Shown here piece by piece: positions 16,531 to 24,143 of a stretch of DNA of 64,000 nt. Under the pieces are notes generated by a model. It ran no database searches. It was not told the origin of the DNA and saw only the letters and a list, made by a program, of their open reading frames with translations. Source of the DNA: Candidatus Gottesmanbacteria bacterium (GTDB taxonomy: Bacteria; Patescibacteriota; Microgenomatia; UBA10105; UBA927); NCBI GenBank assembly GCA_963790805.1, contig CAWBPL010000002.1, forward strand, positions 64,696 to 128,695, written 5' to 3'. Each line of letters opens with the position of its first letter. The stretch's first letter is position 1. The translations under genes and the position numbers were made by a program.

Positions 16531-18074
16531 GATGATTGCGTTATCGAAACGAAACGACTTTTAATAAGAATTTTCAGCGTATCTTCAATATTTCCGCTAT
16601 GATTCTCCACAAAAGCAATAGCTCTATCCGCTCCGTTTCTTCTGGTTTTTAATACCCACTGAACGTATGCCATAAACGACTGCTCATCGTGAGAAAGACC
16701 TTCCGATGCTATATCAACGAGCTTTCGAGCAAATTCATATACGCTCGTGCCATCCGCTTCTCCTTCTAATCCGTCCCGTATCGCAGCTTCCCTAAGCGCG
16801 CCAAGTTTCTTCCACGGAAAACCATCGATATACGAAACCGCTTTTTGTATATTTTGTAACAGACCGGCTTGAAACGCAGACGGCGCAATCATAGTAGAAT
16901 TCGCAACATCAGCACCTAGTTCCATAAGCTCCTCATCCGGAAAATTGGCCCCCGGATCACGTCCCTCGATATATATGAAGTTGGCAAACTTCCGAAATAT
17001 GTCTTCAACACCATATAATTTTTCTTTCTGACACGCCTCAACAAACTCCAACAGGGGGAAACCCTCATGCTCAAGTCCATAGCGTATACGTGCACCGGTA
17101 AATTGAGCAAACTGCATGGTTTCCATATGAGAAATGACAGGAACAACGTTTAACGACTTTTTTGGCGGAAACGATGAAGACATATCTTTGAGATAATATG
17201 CCCCCCATGAAGGTTTAGATAAATACTCCAACACAGACGGTATCCCCTCAATAAGAAGAATTCTTTCGCCTATACTTTTATATCCGCTCTGCGCATCTTC
17301 CCCCGGCCCCAATACGAAATGAATCCCGCTGTCACCGCCAAACATCCACGTAAAATATTGTGCCATTGTGCGAAACCTCTGTTCGGGAAATCGCGACGTC
17401 CTTCTGTCTCCTTCTACTTTTGCGTGTTTCATCATGCGCGGCCACATCGTGAGACGCGACTCTTTATAGAGAGACCGCTTGCCTTCTTCAAAAGGACTGT
17501 TTCCAAATAAACCGATAAATGCGGCGCCTGCTCCTATAATCACAGAAACCGCATCCGCCGCATTGTCCACTGTCACACCTGTGGCGGGGCTATTTTGTGC
17601 TCTGGCATCAATACCTGCCGCATGATCCCATCCGCGATACCATATGTACGGATACACCCCTTTTGGAGCGACTGCCGTGCTATATGTTTCGTAATCTCTT
17701 TTACCCAAAGGATGAATAGCGAGATTAATGACGGATTTGCCCTCTTTTCGCAAAGCGTTCTGAACACTTGTCAAATCAGTTAACATTTTTTTGTGAAGCT
17801 CAGTAAGCGATGTTGTATATGGTAAAGATGTTTCTACAAGGTTAAATCCGTTATCTAATCCCTGTTCACCCAAATCTTTGCTGACAGTTCCCACAATAAC
17901 CTCGGACTTTAAATCGCTTTTGTGGAATGATTCAAAGGTGCCCCTTTTTTTCGCTTCTACCGCAAGCTCTTGAAAATATTGTTGCGAAACCAAGGCCATT
18001 TCGCCCGTCGCCAGTTCAGCAACAGCTTTTTCCAATTCACCGCCGAATGTTTGAATAGGTATATTTGTTTTCAT
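16527..18074 (-). CDS. glutamate-cysteine ligase family (GCS2-like) ATP-dependent carboxylate-amine ligase
   Basis: FGGELEK, NLVETSLPY, AIHPLG and especially GLFGNSPFEEGK (compare ALFANSPFTEGK of plant-type GCL). The stop overlaps the racemase start (ATGA). Confidence 0.6.
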   Translation of the reverse strand: MKTNIPIQTFGGELEKAVAELATGEMALVSQQYFQELAVEAKKRGTFESFHKSDLKSEVIVGTVSKDLGEQGLDNGFNLVETSLPYTTSLTELHKKMLTDLTSVQNALRKEGKSVINLAIHPLGKRDYETYSTAVAPKGVYPYIWYRGWDHAAGIDARAQNSPATGVTVDNAADAVSVIIGAGAAFIGLFGNSPFEEGKRSLYKESRLTMWPRMMKHAKVEGDRRTSRFPEQRFRTMAQYFTWMFGGDSGIHFVLGPGEDAQSGYKSIGERILLIEGIPSVLEYLSKPSWGAYYLKDMSSSFPPKKSLNVVPVISHMETMQFAQFTGARIRYGLEHEGFPLLEFVEACQKEKLYGVEDIFRKFANFIYIEGRDPGANFPDEELMELGADVANSTMIAPSAFQAGLLQNIQKAVSYIDGFPWKKLGALREAAIRDGLEGEADGTSVYEFARKLVDIASEGLSHDEQSFMAYVQWVLKTRRNGADRAIAFVENHSGNIEDTLKILIKSRFVSITQSS

Positions 18075-18135
18075 TTATTTATCCAGTTTCAGGAGCAAAA
18101 AACTTAAGATAAATTATGTTATCACAAATTGAATC

Positions 18136-18165
18136 TTGACACATTTATGTAATGTATCATACAAT
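18136..18165 (+). promoter_or_regulatory. candidate sigma-70 promoter TTGACA-N18-TACAAT
   Basis: Perfect -35 and near-consensus -10 in the AT-rich divergent region, about 150 nt upstream of the 91-aa ORF. Confidence 0.55.
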
Positions 18166-18284
18166 ATAACCTATAATTATGAATCTGCACGCGAATATAT
18201 GTGTCATTAATTGCCTTAGCCTCCTAATTACGGAGCGGGGCCGCGTGGTGAAGACGTAATAATTTCATTTTTTGTTACCACAAG

Positions 18285-18311
18285 ACCTCCTCTAAACAAG
18301 GAGGTTTTTTT
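18285..18311 (+). terminator. intrinsic-terminator-like hairpin that contains the Shine-Dalgarno sequence of the downstream ORF (attenuator/riboswitch expression platform candidate)
   Basis: ACCTCCT-ctaaaca-AGGAGGT followed by T7. The AGGAGG arm is the only Shine-Dalgarno sequence for the ATG at 18317. Confidence 0.6.
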
Positions 18312-18316
18312 ATGCT

Positions 18317-18592
18317 ATGAAAGAAGTAATACGAGAAGGAAAGAAAGAGATAATAGTTGAAGGAAAAGTTGAAAAAAGGCTCAAACCAATGAGTCAAATA
18401 ACTCTGGAAGTTGAGCAAAAATTAAGTGAACTGGATATATCACCCGATGGTAAAATCCAGGGCGTACGACCAATTACAAGCGGAGCCAATGGTACGCTAC
18501 CGCCAAACAGTGGTTATAAAAAAATCGGCGAAATCAATCTCATCATTGCTCCTCAAGGCAAGGATGCCATAGTAGTTGTCGGAGAAATATAA
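18317..18592 (+). CDS. hypothetical 91-aa protein
   Basis: ORF with Shine-Dalgarno AGGAGG and a charged N-terminus (KEVIREGKKEIIVEGKVEKR). No recognisable motif or TM segment. Confidence 0.5.
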   Translation: MKEVIREGKKEIIVEGKVEKRLKPMSQITLEVEQKLSELDISPDGKIQGVRPITSGANGTLPPNSGYKKIGEINLIIAPQGKDAIVVVGEI

Positions 18593-18717
18593 AACTGTGA
18601 CCACATCTATGGAAAAGTTTAAAATGCTGACTTCCGCCATCAACTGAAAATAAGCTAAACATATAGATTGACCCTTCCCATCTATATATTATAGGTCTAA
18701 ATGATATTAAATATATA

Positions 18718-18746
18718 TTGATGAATTCAGGCATATCTGCTATACT
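18718..18746 (+). promoter_or_regulatory. candidate promoter TTGATG-N17-TATACT for the 768-aa gene (leaderless or 3-5 nt UTR)
   Basis: The -10 box ends 10 nt before the ATG at 18757. No Shine-Dalgarno sequence. Preceded by the 8-bp inverted repeat ATATAGAT-N11-ATCTATAT (18661-18687). Confidence 0.45.
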
Positions 18747-18756
18747 ATAAGCTCTT

Positions 18757-21063
18757 ATGCCAAACGGACCACTTGAGTCAGAACATGCTTCATTGGAATT
18801 AATTCTCCTTATGCACCCAAATGAGGGGGGGATTTTTTCACATCCACGCGAAGAGCGGTACCAAATACACGAATTGATGATCGCGCTATCACAAAAATTC
18901 GGGTATCAGTCACTTCATCTCCTGCGCAATGAACTTTCCGAAATACAAATAACTCAAACCGGAAACTATTTTATCCCTGAAGTGTTACAAAAAAAAGCTG
19001 ACTCAGTTGAAAAAATGTGGGTGGAATCACATGGTCTGGAGTACAGCAAAGATGAGGTTGAAAAAGGCTTTGTTACAGCTGAATCAGTCATAGACTATTT
19101 TACGCAGGGCATATTTAGCGATGTGACTCAGATACAACCAATCAATGAAGTTGCAAGCGCAAGAAAATTTCTTATTTTACTTCATCACGCGCTAAATCAT
19201 CCAGACCCGCACGTTCGATTTGAATCTGCTCGTAAATTGTATGTAACAAATTTGGCATTAGGGGCGGAAAAAATACGAAAAGAAAGTCAGCCGCGCATTG
19301 ACCTGTTTTACAACCTTCTCGACCAGCATATGTTTACAAACCCTAAAACGGAAAGTCCGGAACCCGCGACCACTTTGGAAAATGCCCACTTTATTTCATA
19401 TCATGTCGGAGATGATTTCCGCTGTGGTTTTGTACGAGAATTACAATCCAATGAAAAAATTGATGAGTCTATGATAGGACTCAACATGCGGATTCACACC
19501 GTACCGATGCGAACATGGTACGATAATGACGGCCACGCACATAAAGTGCTCTTTGAACCCAGAGTCAAAGATGCACCTAATTTTATCATCAAGGAATTGC
19601 GAAACAGCACAATGAATGAATTAACTCTTGATGATAATTTGGGAGCGAAACTTACATTTACTTCCCTTCAAGAGGCGGAATTATTTTTCAGTACGCTCCA
19701 ATCAAAAATACCTATTTCACCCCTCATTAGCGACGTACACTATTCAATCCACGAAAATAGCCGATCTCGCGATCGCCATTATAGTGGTCGGCATGCCGCT
19801 TCCTCAAAAAATTTTGAAACTATAAAATATCATACAAGAATATACGGAACGTCATATGAATTTCAGATTAATACCGTTAGAACGTGGATAGATCAAAAAC
19901 TTCGCGATGACGTCTGTTGGGAAGATTATATGGTCAAAAGAATAGTTACTCCGGACAGAAAAGGCCAGACCCCTGTCACCCAACTCCTTTTTCCCAAACA
20001 AATATATGGAATCGACTTGACTGACGCCGCTGATCTAATTCTGAAAGCAGGTCGAGAATATCGAAGACATCTGCCAACCATCATTCCCCCTGAGGTGCGA
20101 CGGAAAGACAGGCTGATACGTATGATGTCATCATCGGAATTGCGCAGCTCTGTTGAGTCTCTTGCAGCTCAGATATTAGAAACAGTAACAACAACGACTC
20201 ATTCGAATCCTGAATCTAAAATTATATACAGCGCTTCACCGAAAGATAATCTTATCTCAAATATGTTCATCGTTATCGCTGAATCGGATCCGGCACGGCT
20301 GGAGTCTTCCGCACAACTTCTGAGCCGGAAACTCGGGCTTCCCCGAAACCATGTTCTATCCACTGCTGAAATCAAAAAAATTCCAAAAACTGCAAAAATA
20401 ATAATATTTGATGACATCTTTGTTCGCGGGAGACAACTTCTCCAAGTTTATAAAAATCTTATGGACGATTACAAATTTCCTGAAAAGTCTCTCTTTGTTG
20501 CAACGATTGTCGCGGATAAACGGGCTACAAAAATGTTTAAAACGGATAGATTCTTCTTCAGCCAGCAAACTAATTCAAGAACTACACGTATAGTATTTCC
20601 TTTTGAAAATGAAAAACGGATGTATAGCAGAAGCTGCGTATTTATTTCTATACGAAAAAACGAATCGAGTAACGCTTCTGAAATACTTATGGAAGTATTA
20701 CCAGATGGCAGACTAAAAATACCCGGTGGTGCAAAAAATAACGGAGAATCACCAAAACGGACAGTAGCAAGAGAGATTTTTGAAGAGCTTGAGCGATACA
20801 TACCACTGAGAGCAATCAAAGGAGTATTTCCAAAAGCGATTATGACCTCTTTTGAACCTCATAATAAACTCACCAAACCATATACTGAATTTATGCTTCA
20901 TGAGGTGTTTCAGATATCCTCTTCATTATTTTCGGGGGATCTCCCGAAAGGATTTCAATGGATAGATATGAAAAAGGTATTGCAATATCTCCGTTGGAGC
21001 GGACAAAAAGAACTATGGCTTCATCTTATAGAAGAGAATATCATTCATCTTAACGATAACTAA
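18757..21063 (+). CDS. multidomain protein: unknown N-terminal region + RelA/SpoT-like (RSH synthetase-fold) domain + phosphoribosyltransferase-like domain + Nudix hydrolase domain
   Basis: Residues ~270-395: LDDNLGAKLTF, KNFETIKYHTRIYG and YEFQINTVRTW resemble the RSH synthetase motifs. Residues ~455-600: PRT-like fold with KIIIFDDIFVRGRQL. Residues ~620-760: Nudix box GAKNNGESPKRTVAREIFEEL after LKIPGG. Confidence 0.6.
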   Translation: MPNGPLESEHASLELILLMHPNEGGIFSHPREERYQIHELMIALSQKFGYQSLHLLRNELSEIQITQTGNYFIPEVLQKKADSVEKMWVESHGLEYSKDEVEKGFVTAESVIDYFTQGIFSDVTQIQPINEVASARKFLILLHHALNHPDPHVRFESARKLYVTNLALGAEKIRKESQPRIDLFYNLLDQHMFTNPKTESPEPATTLENAHFISYHVGDDFRCGFVRELQSNEKIDESMIGLNMRIHTVPMRTWYDNDGHAHKVLFEPRVKDAPNFIIKELRNSTMNELTLDDNLGAKLTFTSLQEAELFFSTLQSKIPISPLISDVHYSIHENSRSRDRHYSGRHAASSKNFETIKYHTRIYGTSYEFQINTVRTWIDQKLRDDVCWEDYMVKRIVTPDRKGQTPVTQLLFPKQIYGIDLTDAADLILKAGREYRRHLPTIIPPEVRRKDRLIRMMSSSELRSSVESLAAQILETVTTTTHSNPESKIIYSASPKDNLISNMFIVIAESDPARLESSAQLLSRKLGLPRNHVLSTAEIKKIPKTAKIIIFDDIFVRGRQLLQVYKNLMDDYKFPEKSLFVATIVADKRATKMFKTDRFFFSQQTNSRTTRIVFPFENEKRMYSRSCVFISIRKNESSNASEILMEVLPDGRLKIPGGAKNNGESPKRTVAREIFEELERYIPLRAIKGVFPKAIMTSFEPHNKLTKPYTEFMLHEVFQISSSLFSGDLPKGFQWIDMKKVLQYLRWSGQKELWLHLIEENIIHLNDN

Positions 21064-21101
21064 TTGTGCTGGGATATATTGAACCGTATCCATGAATTCA
21101 T

Positions 21102-22751
21102 TTATTGAACATGGATGTCTTTAATTTTCAACTGTAACCGCTTCATTCCATTCCACACATTCATATCCAAAGAATACGCGATATCTATTGGAACATCTGG
21201 GCGAAGCTTCGGATACGATGCACCCATGCCAAAGGCTATGCAATCAATAACAGTTTGATCCTGTTTTACCCGTACTTTAAGATGTTTTCCATCCGCCCCG
21301 ACTAATCGAGCATCACCAACAAATACGTTTGTTGTAGCAAATACCGGCTCGGGATTGCCGAATCCATAAGGCGTAAATTTTATAAATGCCTTCCAAAGCT
21401 CTTCCGTCGCAGCCGACAGAGGAATTTCAGCATCAATCCGAAGTGTCCGAGTAAGCTTTGAATCGTTAAGTTCTTTATCCGCTAATTTCTCGAGACGTTC
21501 TTGGAGTGCTTCGAGATTTTTCGTCTCAACGGTAAATCCGGCTGCCATCGGGTGACCGCCAACGTCAATAAGTAAATCATCGCAGCTTCTTATTGCTTCA
21601 ACGATATTGAATCCGGCGATCGATCGTGCCGATGCTTTTGTAATCACTTCCCCGCGGGCTAAAACTATGGCAGGTCTATAAAACTCCTCGACGAGTTTTC
21701 CGGCAACCAATCCGATAATTCCCTGATTATATGTATCGTGTGCGACAAATAAGAGTTTCTTCATTTTTCCGTCGCGGCCGGCAACAAGTTCCCGCGCATG
21801 AACAGTCGTATCGATGGTAAGCTGCTGGCGCTCTTTATTGGTAAGACCAAGTTTTCGGGCTAAAAGCATGGCTTTATCTTCCTGACCCGTACAAAGAAGC
21901 CTTAACGCATCCATCGCATGCTCAAGCCGACCCATCGCATTTAGTCTCGGCGCGAGTACGTGTGACACGTCAAACGTGGTTAAAGCGCCTTTTGTAAGGC
22001 CTGCATCCTTTATAAGAGCATCCAGACCAACCCGTTTCGTATGGTTTAACGCTAATAAACCGTGTTTAACGATCGCCCGATTGACCCCCAGAAGCGGTAC
22101 CATGTCTGCGATAGTGCCCAAGGATGCAAGCGCTAATAATTCTTCGTTCTTTTGTTTCTGTAATTCTTTTGCGACAAACCACGAAACCCCTGCACCGCAC
22201 AATGTCGTCGTATGAACCATGATGCACTCCGGAAGTTTTTTCGGCTTTACGTGATGATCCGTTACGATCACTTCTATTCCTTTCGACTTTGCATATGCCA
22301 CCTTTTCCCGCGCCGTAATACCGTGATCGACGGTAATAATAAGCATCGGATGATACTGATTTATGACAGCATCAATTCCTTTAGTTGATAGCCCGTACCC
22401 CTCTTCTGCTCTATGAGGAATATACGGCATGACGTTTGCGCTCATTTGGTGGAGCGTTTCCCACATAATGGCGCCTGCTGTAATGCCGTCAGCATCATAA
22501 TCCGCATACACTACGATTGATTCTTTGGAGGTAATCGCCTTTTTTATTCTCACTATTGCCTTTTGAAGGGATACGGGGTCTATTCCAACATCTTTCACCG
22601 ATAAATCCCATGGATTTGAAGGATTAAGGAATTTCTCTTTCTCTTTTTCCGTTTTAATTCCTCTACTTTTCAATACCCCGTCAATTATGTCCTCAATTCT
22701 TAATTCTTCGTTCTTAAATCGTAATTCTTTCGGAATCTGCCACTTCTTCAT
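21102..22751 (-). CDS. recJ: single-stranded-DNA-specific exonuclease RecJ
   Basis: DHH family motifs (YADYDADGITA, VDHG, VTDHH) and a DHHA1 region (GGHPMAAG). Confidence 0.92.
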   Translation of the reverse strand: MKKWQIPKELRFKNEELRIEDIIDGVLKSRGIKTEKEKEKFLNPSNPWDLSVKDVGIDPVSLQKAIVRIKKAITSKESIVVYADYDADGITAGAIMWETLHQMSANVMPYIPHRAEEGYGLSTKGIDAVINQYHPMLIITVDHGITAREKVAYAKSKGIEVIVTDHHVKPKKLPECIMVHTTTLCGAGVSWFVAKELQKQKNEELLALASLGTIADMVPLLGVNRAIVKHGLLALNHTKRVGLDALIKDAGLTKGALTTFDVSHVLAPRLNAMGRLEHAMDALRLLCTGQEDKAMLLARKLGLTNKERQQLTIDTTVHARELVAGRDGKMKKLLFVAHDTYNQGIIGLVAGKLVEEFYRPAIVLARGEVITKASARSIAGFNIVEAIRSCDDLLIDVGGHPMAAGFTVETKNLEALQERLEKLADKELNDSKLTRTLRIDAEIPLSAATEELWKAFIKFTPYGFGNPEPVFATTNVFVGDARLVGADGKHLKVRVKQDQTVIDCIAFGMGASYPKLRPDVPIDIAYSLDMNVWNGMKRLQLKIKDIHVQ

Positions 22752-22757
22752 GACTCA

Positions 22758-22769
22758 TATGATATCATA
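22758..22769. promoter_or_regulatory. perfect 12-bp palindrome TATGATATCATA in the 27-bp recJ/cca divergent spacer (two back-to-back -10-like TATGAT boxes)
   Basis: Read directly from the sequence. TATGAT lies 12 nt from the recJ ATG and 15 nt from the cca ATG. Confidence 0.35.
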
Positions 22770-22778
22770 GGGGCAGCT

Positions 22779-24143
22779 ATGATAAAGCTCCCAAAACAGG
22801 CACAAGGAATAATTGACGCCATGCAAAAAAAAGGATTTGAGGCGTATGCCGTCGGCGGGTCGGTGCGCGATCTTTTTATGGACCGTCCTACAAAAGGATG
22901 GGATTTTACGACAAATGCAACACCGGAAGAAATTCTTAAGGTTTTTCCTGACAGTTTTTATGACAATCAATTTGGTACGGTGGGTATTAAAATTCGCGGG
23001 GACGATGAAACAGTACAAGATGTCTATGAAATGACGACATATCGAAGCGAGAAAGGATATAGCGATCACAGACATCCCGATGTTTTGGTTTGGGGAAAAA
23101 CATTGAACGAAGACCTATCCAGACGCGATTTCACTATCAACGCAATTGCGTTTGACGGAAAAAAAATTACCGATCCGTACGACGGACAAAAAGATCTTCA
23201 CGATAAGCTTATTAGGACTGTTGGTGATCCATTAGAACGATTCGCTGAAGATGCTCTTCGCATGATGCGAGCGGTCCGTATAGCATCTGAGTTAGGATTT
23301 ATGATTGATCCAACTACGTTAGCTGCCATCAAACAACAGTCACAGCTTCTGAACCAAATATCTATGGAGCGAATCCGTGATGAATTATTGAAAATTCTGG
23401 CTTCCCCGTTTGCGGCCGACGGTGTTTTAATGCTCAAAAATACCGGCATTCTTGCCTACATACTTCCGGAGTTTGAACCAGCTTTTGTAGTGCAGCAAAA
23501 AAGTCCAGGAAGACATCATATTTATGATGTCGGAACTCACTCCGTCATGGCATTAAAATTCTGCCCCTCAGTTGATCCAATCGTACGACTTGCCACGCTT
23601 CTTCACGATATCGGAAAAGTTAAAACATTTCATAAAGATGAAAAGGGTCTTATCACATTTTATAATCATGAAGTAGTTAGCGCAAAAATTGCCAAAGATA
23701 TCAGTTACCGCCTTCTGCTGTCAAAAAAAGATAGAGAAAGAATTATTACCCTTGTACGGTGGCACCAATTTACGGTTGATGAAAAACAAACGGACAGTGC
23801 CCTTCGAAGATTCATCCGTCATACTGGCAAAGAAAATCTCGATGATATGCTGGCGCTTCGAATCGGCGATCGCTTGGGTGGCGGAGCACTAGAGACTTCA
23901 TGGAGACTGGAGTTATTCAAAAAAAGACTTCTTGAAGTACAAAAACAACCGTTTTCCGTTACCGATTTAAATATCGACGGGAACGACGTTATAAAGATAT
24001 TCAACTGCAAACCCGGACCAATTGTCGGATCAGTACTGAATCAGATATTTGCACAAGTAGAATCAGGGGAATTAAAAAATGACCGCGATGCGCTTCTTAA
24101 ACGCATCAGCGAACTTCAGCAATCCTATACATTAACGTCGTAA
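22779..24143 (+). CDS. cca: CCA-adding enzyme / tRNA nucleotidyltransferase with HD domain
   Basis: PolyA_pol head GGSVRD...DFTT, RRDFTINA, an HD domain (LLHDIGK), and a C-terminal RNA-binding region. Confidence 0.88.
   Translation: MIKLPKQAQGIIDAMQKKGFEAYAVGGSVRDLFMDRPTKGWDFTTNATPEEILKVFPDSFYDNQFGTVGIKIRGDDETVQDVYEMTTYRSEKGYSDHRHPDVLVWGKTLNEDLSRRDFTINAIAFDGKKITDPYDGQKDLHDKLIRTVGDPLERFAEDALRMMRAVRIASELGFMIDPTTLAAIKQQSQLLNQISMERIRDELLKILASPFAADGVLMLKNTGILAYILPEFEPAFVVQQKSPGRHHIYDVGTHSVMALKFCPSVDPIVRLATLLHDIGKVKTFHKDEKGLITFYNHEVVSAKIAKDISYRLLLSKKDRERIITLVRWHQFTVDEKQTDSALRRFIRHTGKENLDDMLALRIGDRLGGGALETSWRLELFKKRLLEVQKQPFSVTDLNIDGNDVIKIFNCKPGPIVGSVLNQIFAQVESGELKNDRDALLKRISELQQSYTLTS

Noticed and set aside
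18312-18320. Two-codon mini-ORF ATG-CTA-TGA overlapping the ATG of the 91-aa ORF
   Set aside because: It is too short to call as a gene. It is mentioned only as a possible start-stop element within the leader finding.
22755-23075. 106-aa minus-strand ORF
   Set aside because: It is antisense to the 5' part of cca and would overlap the recJ start region. Its Cys/Arg/Phe-rich composition marks it as a shadow ORF.
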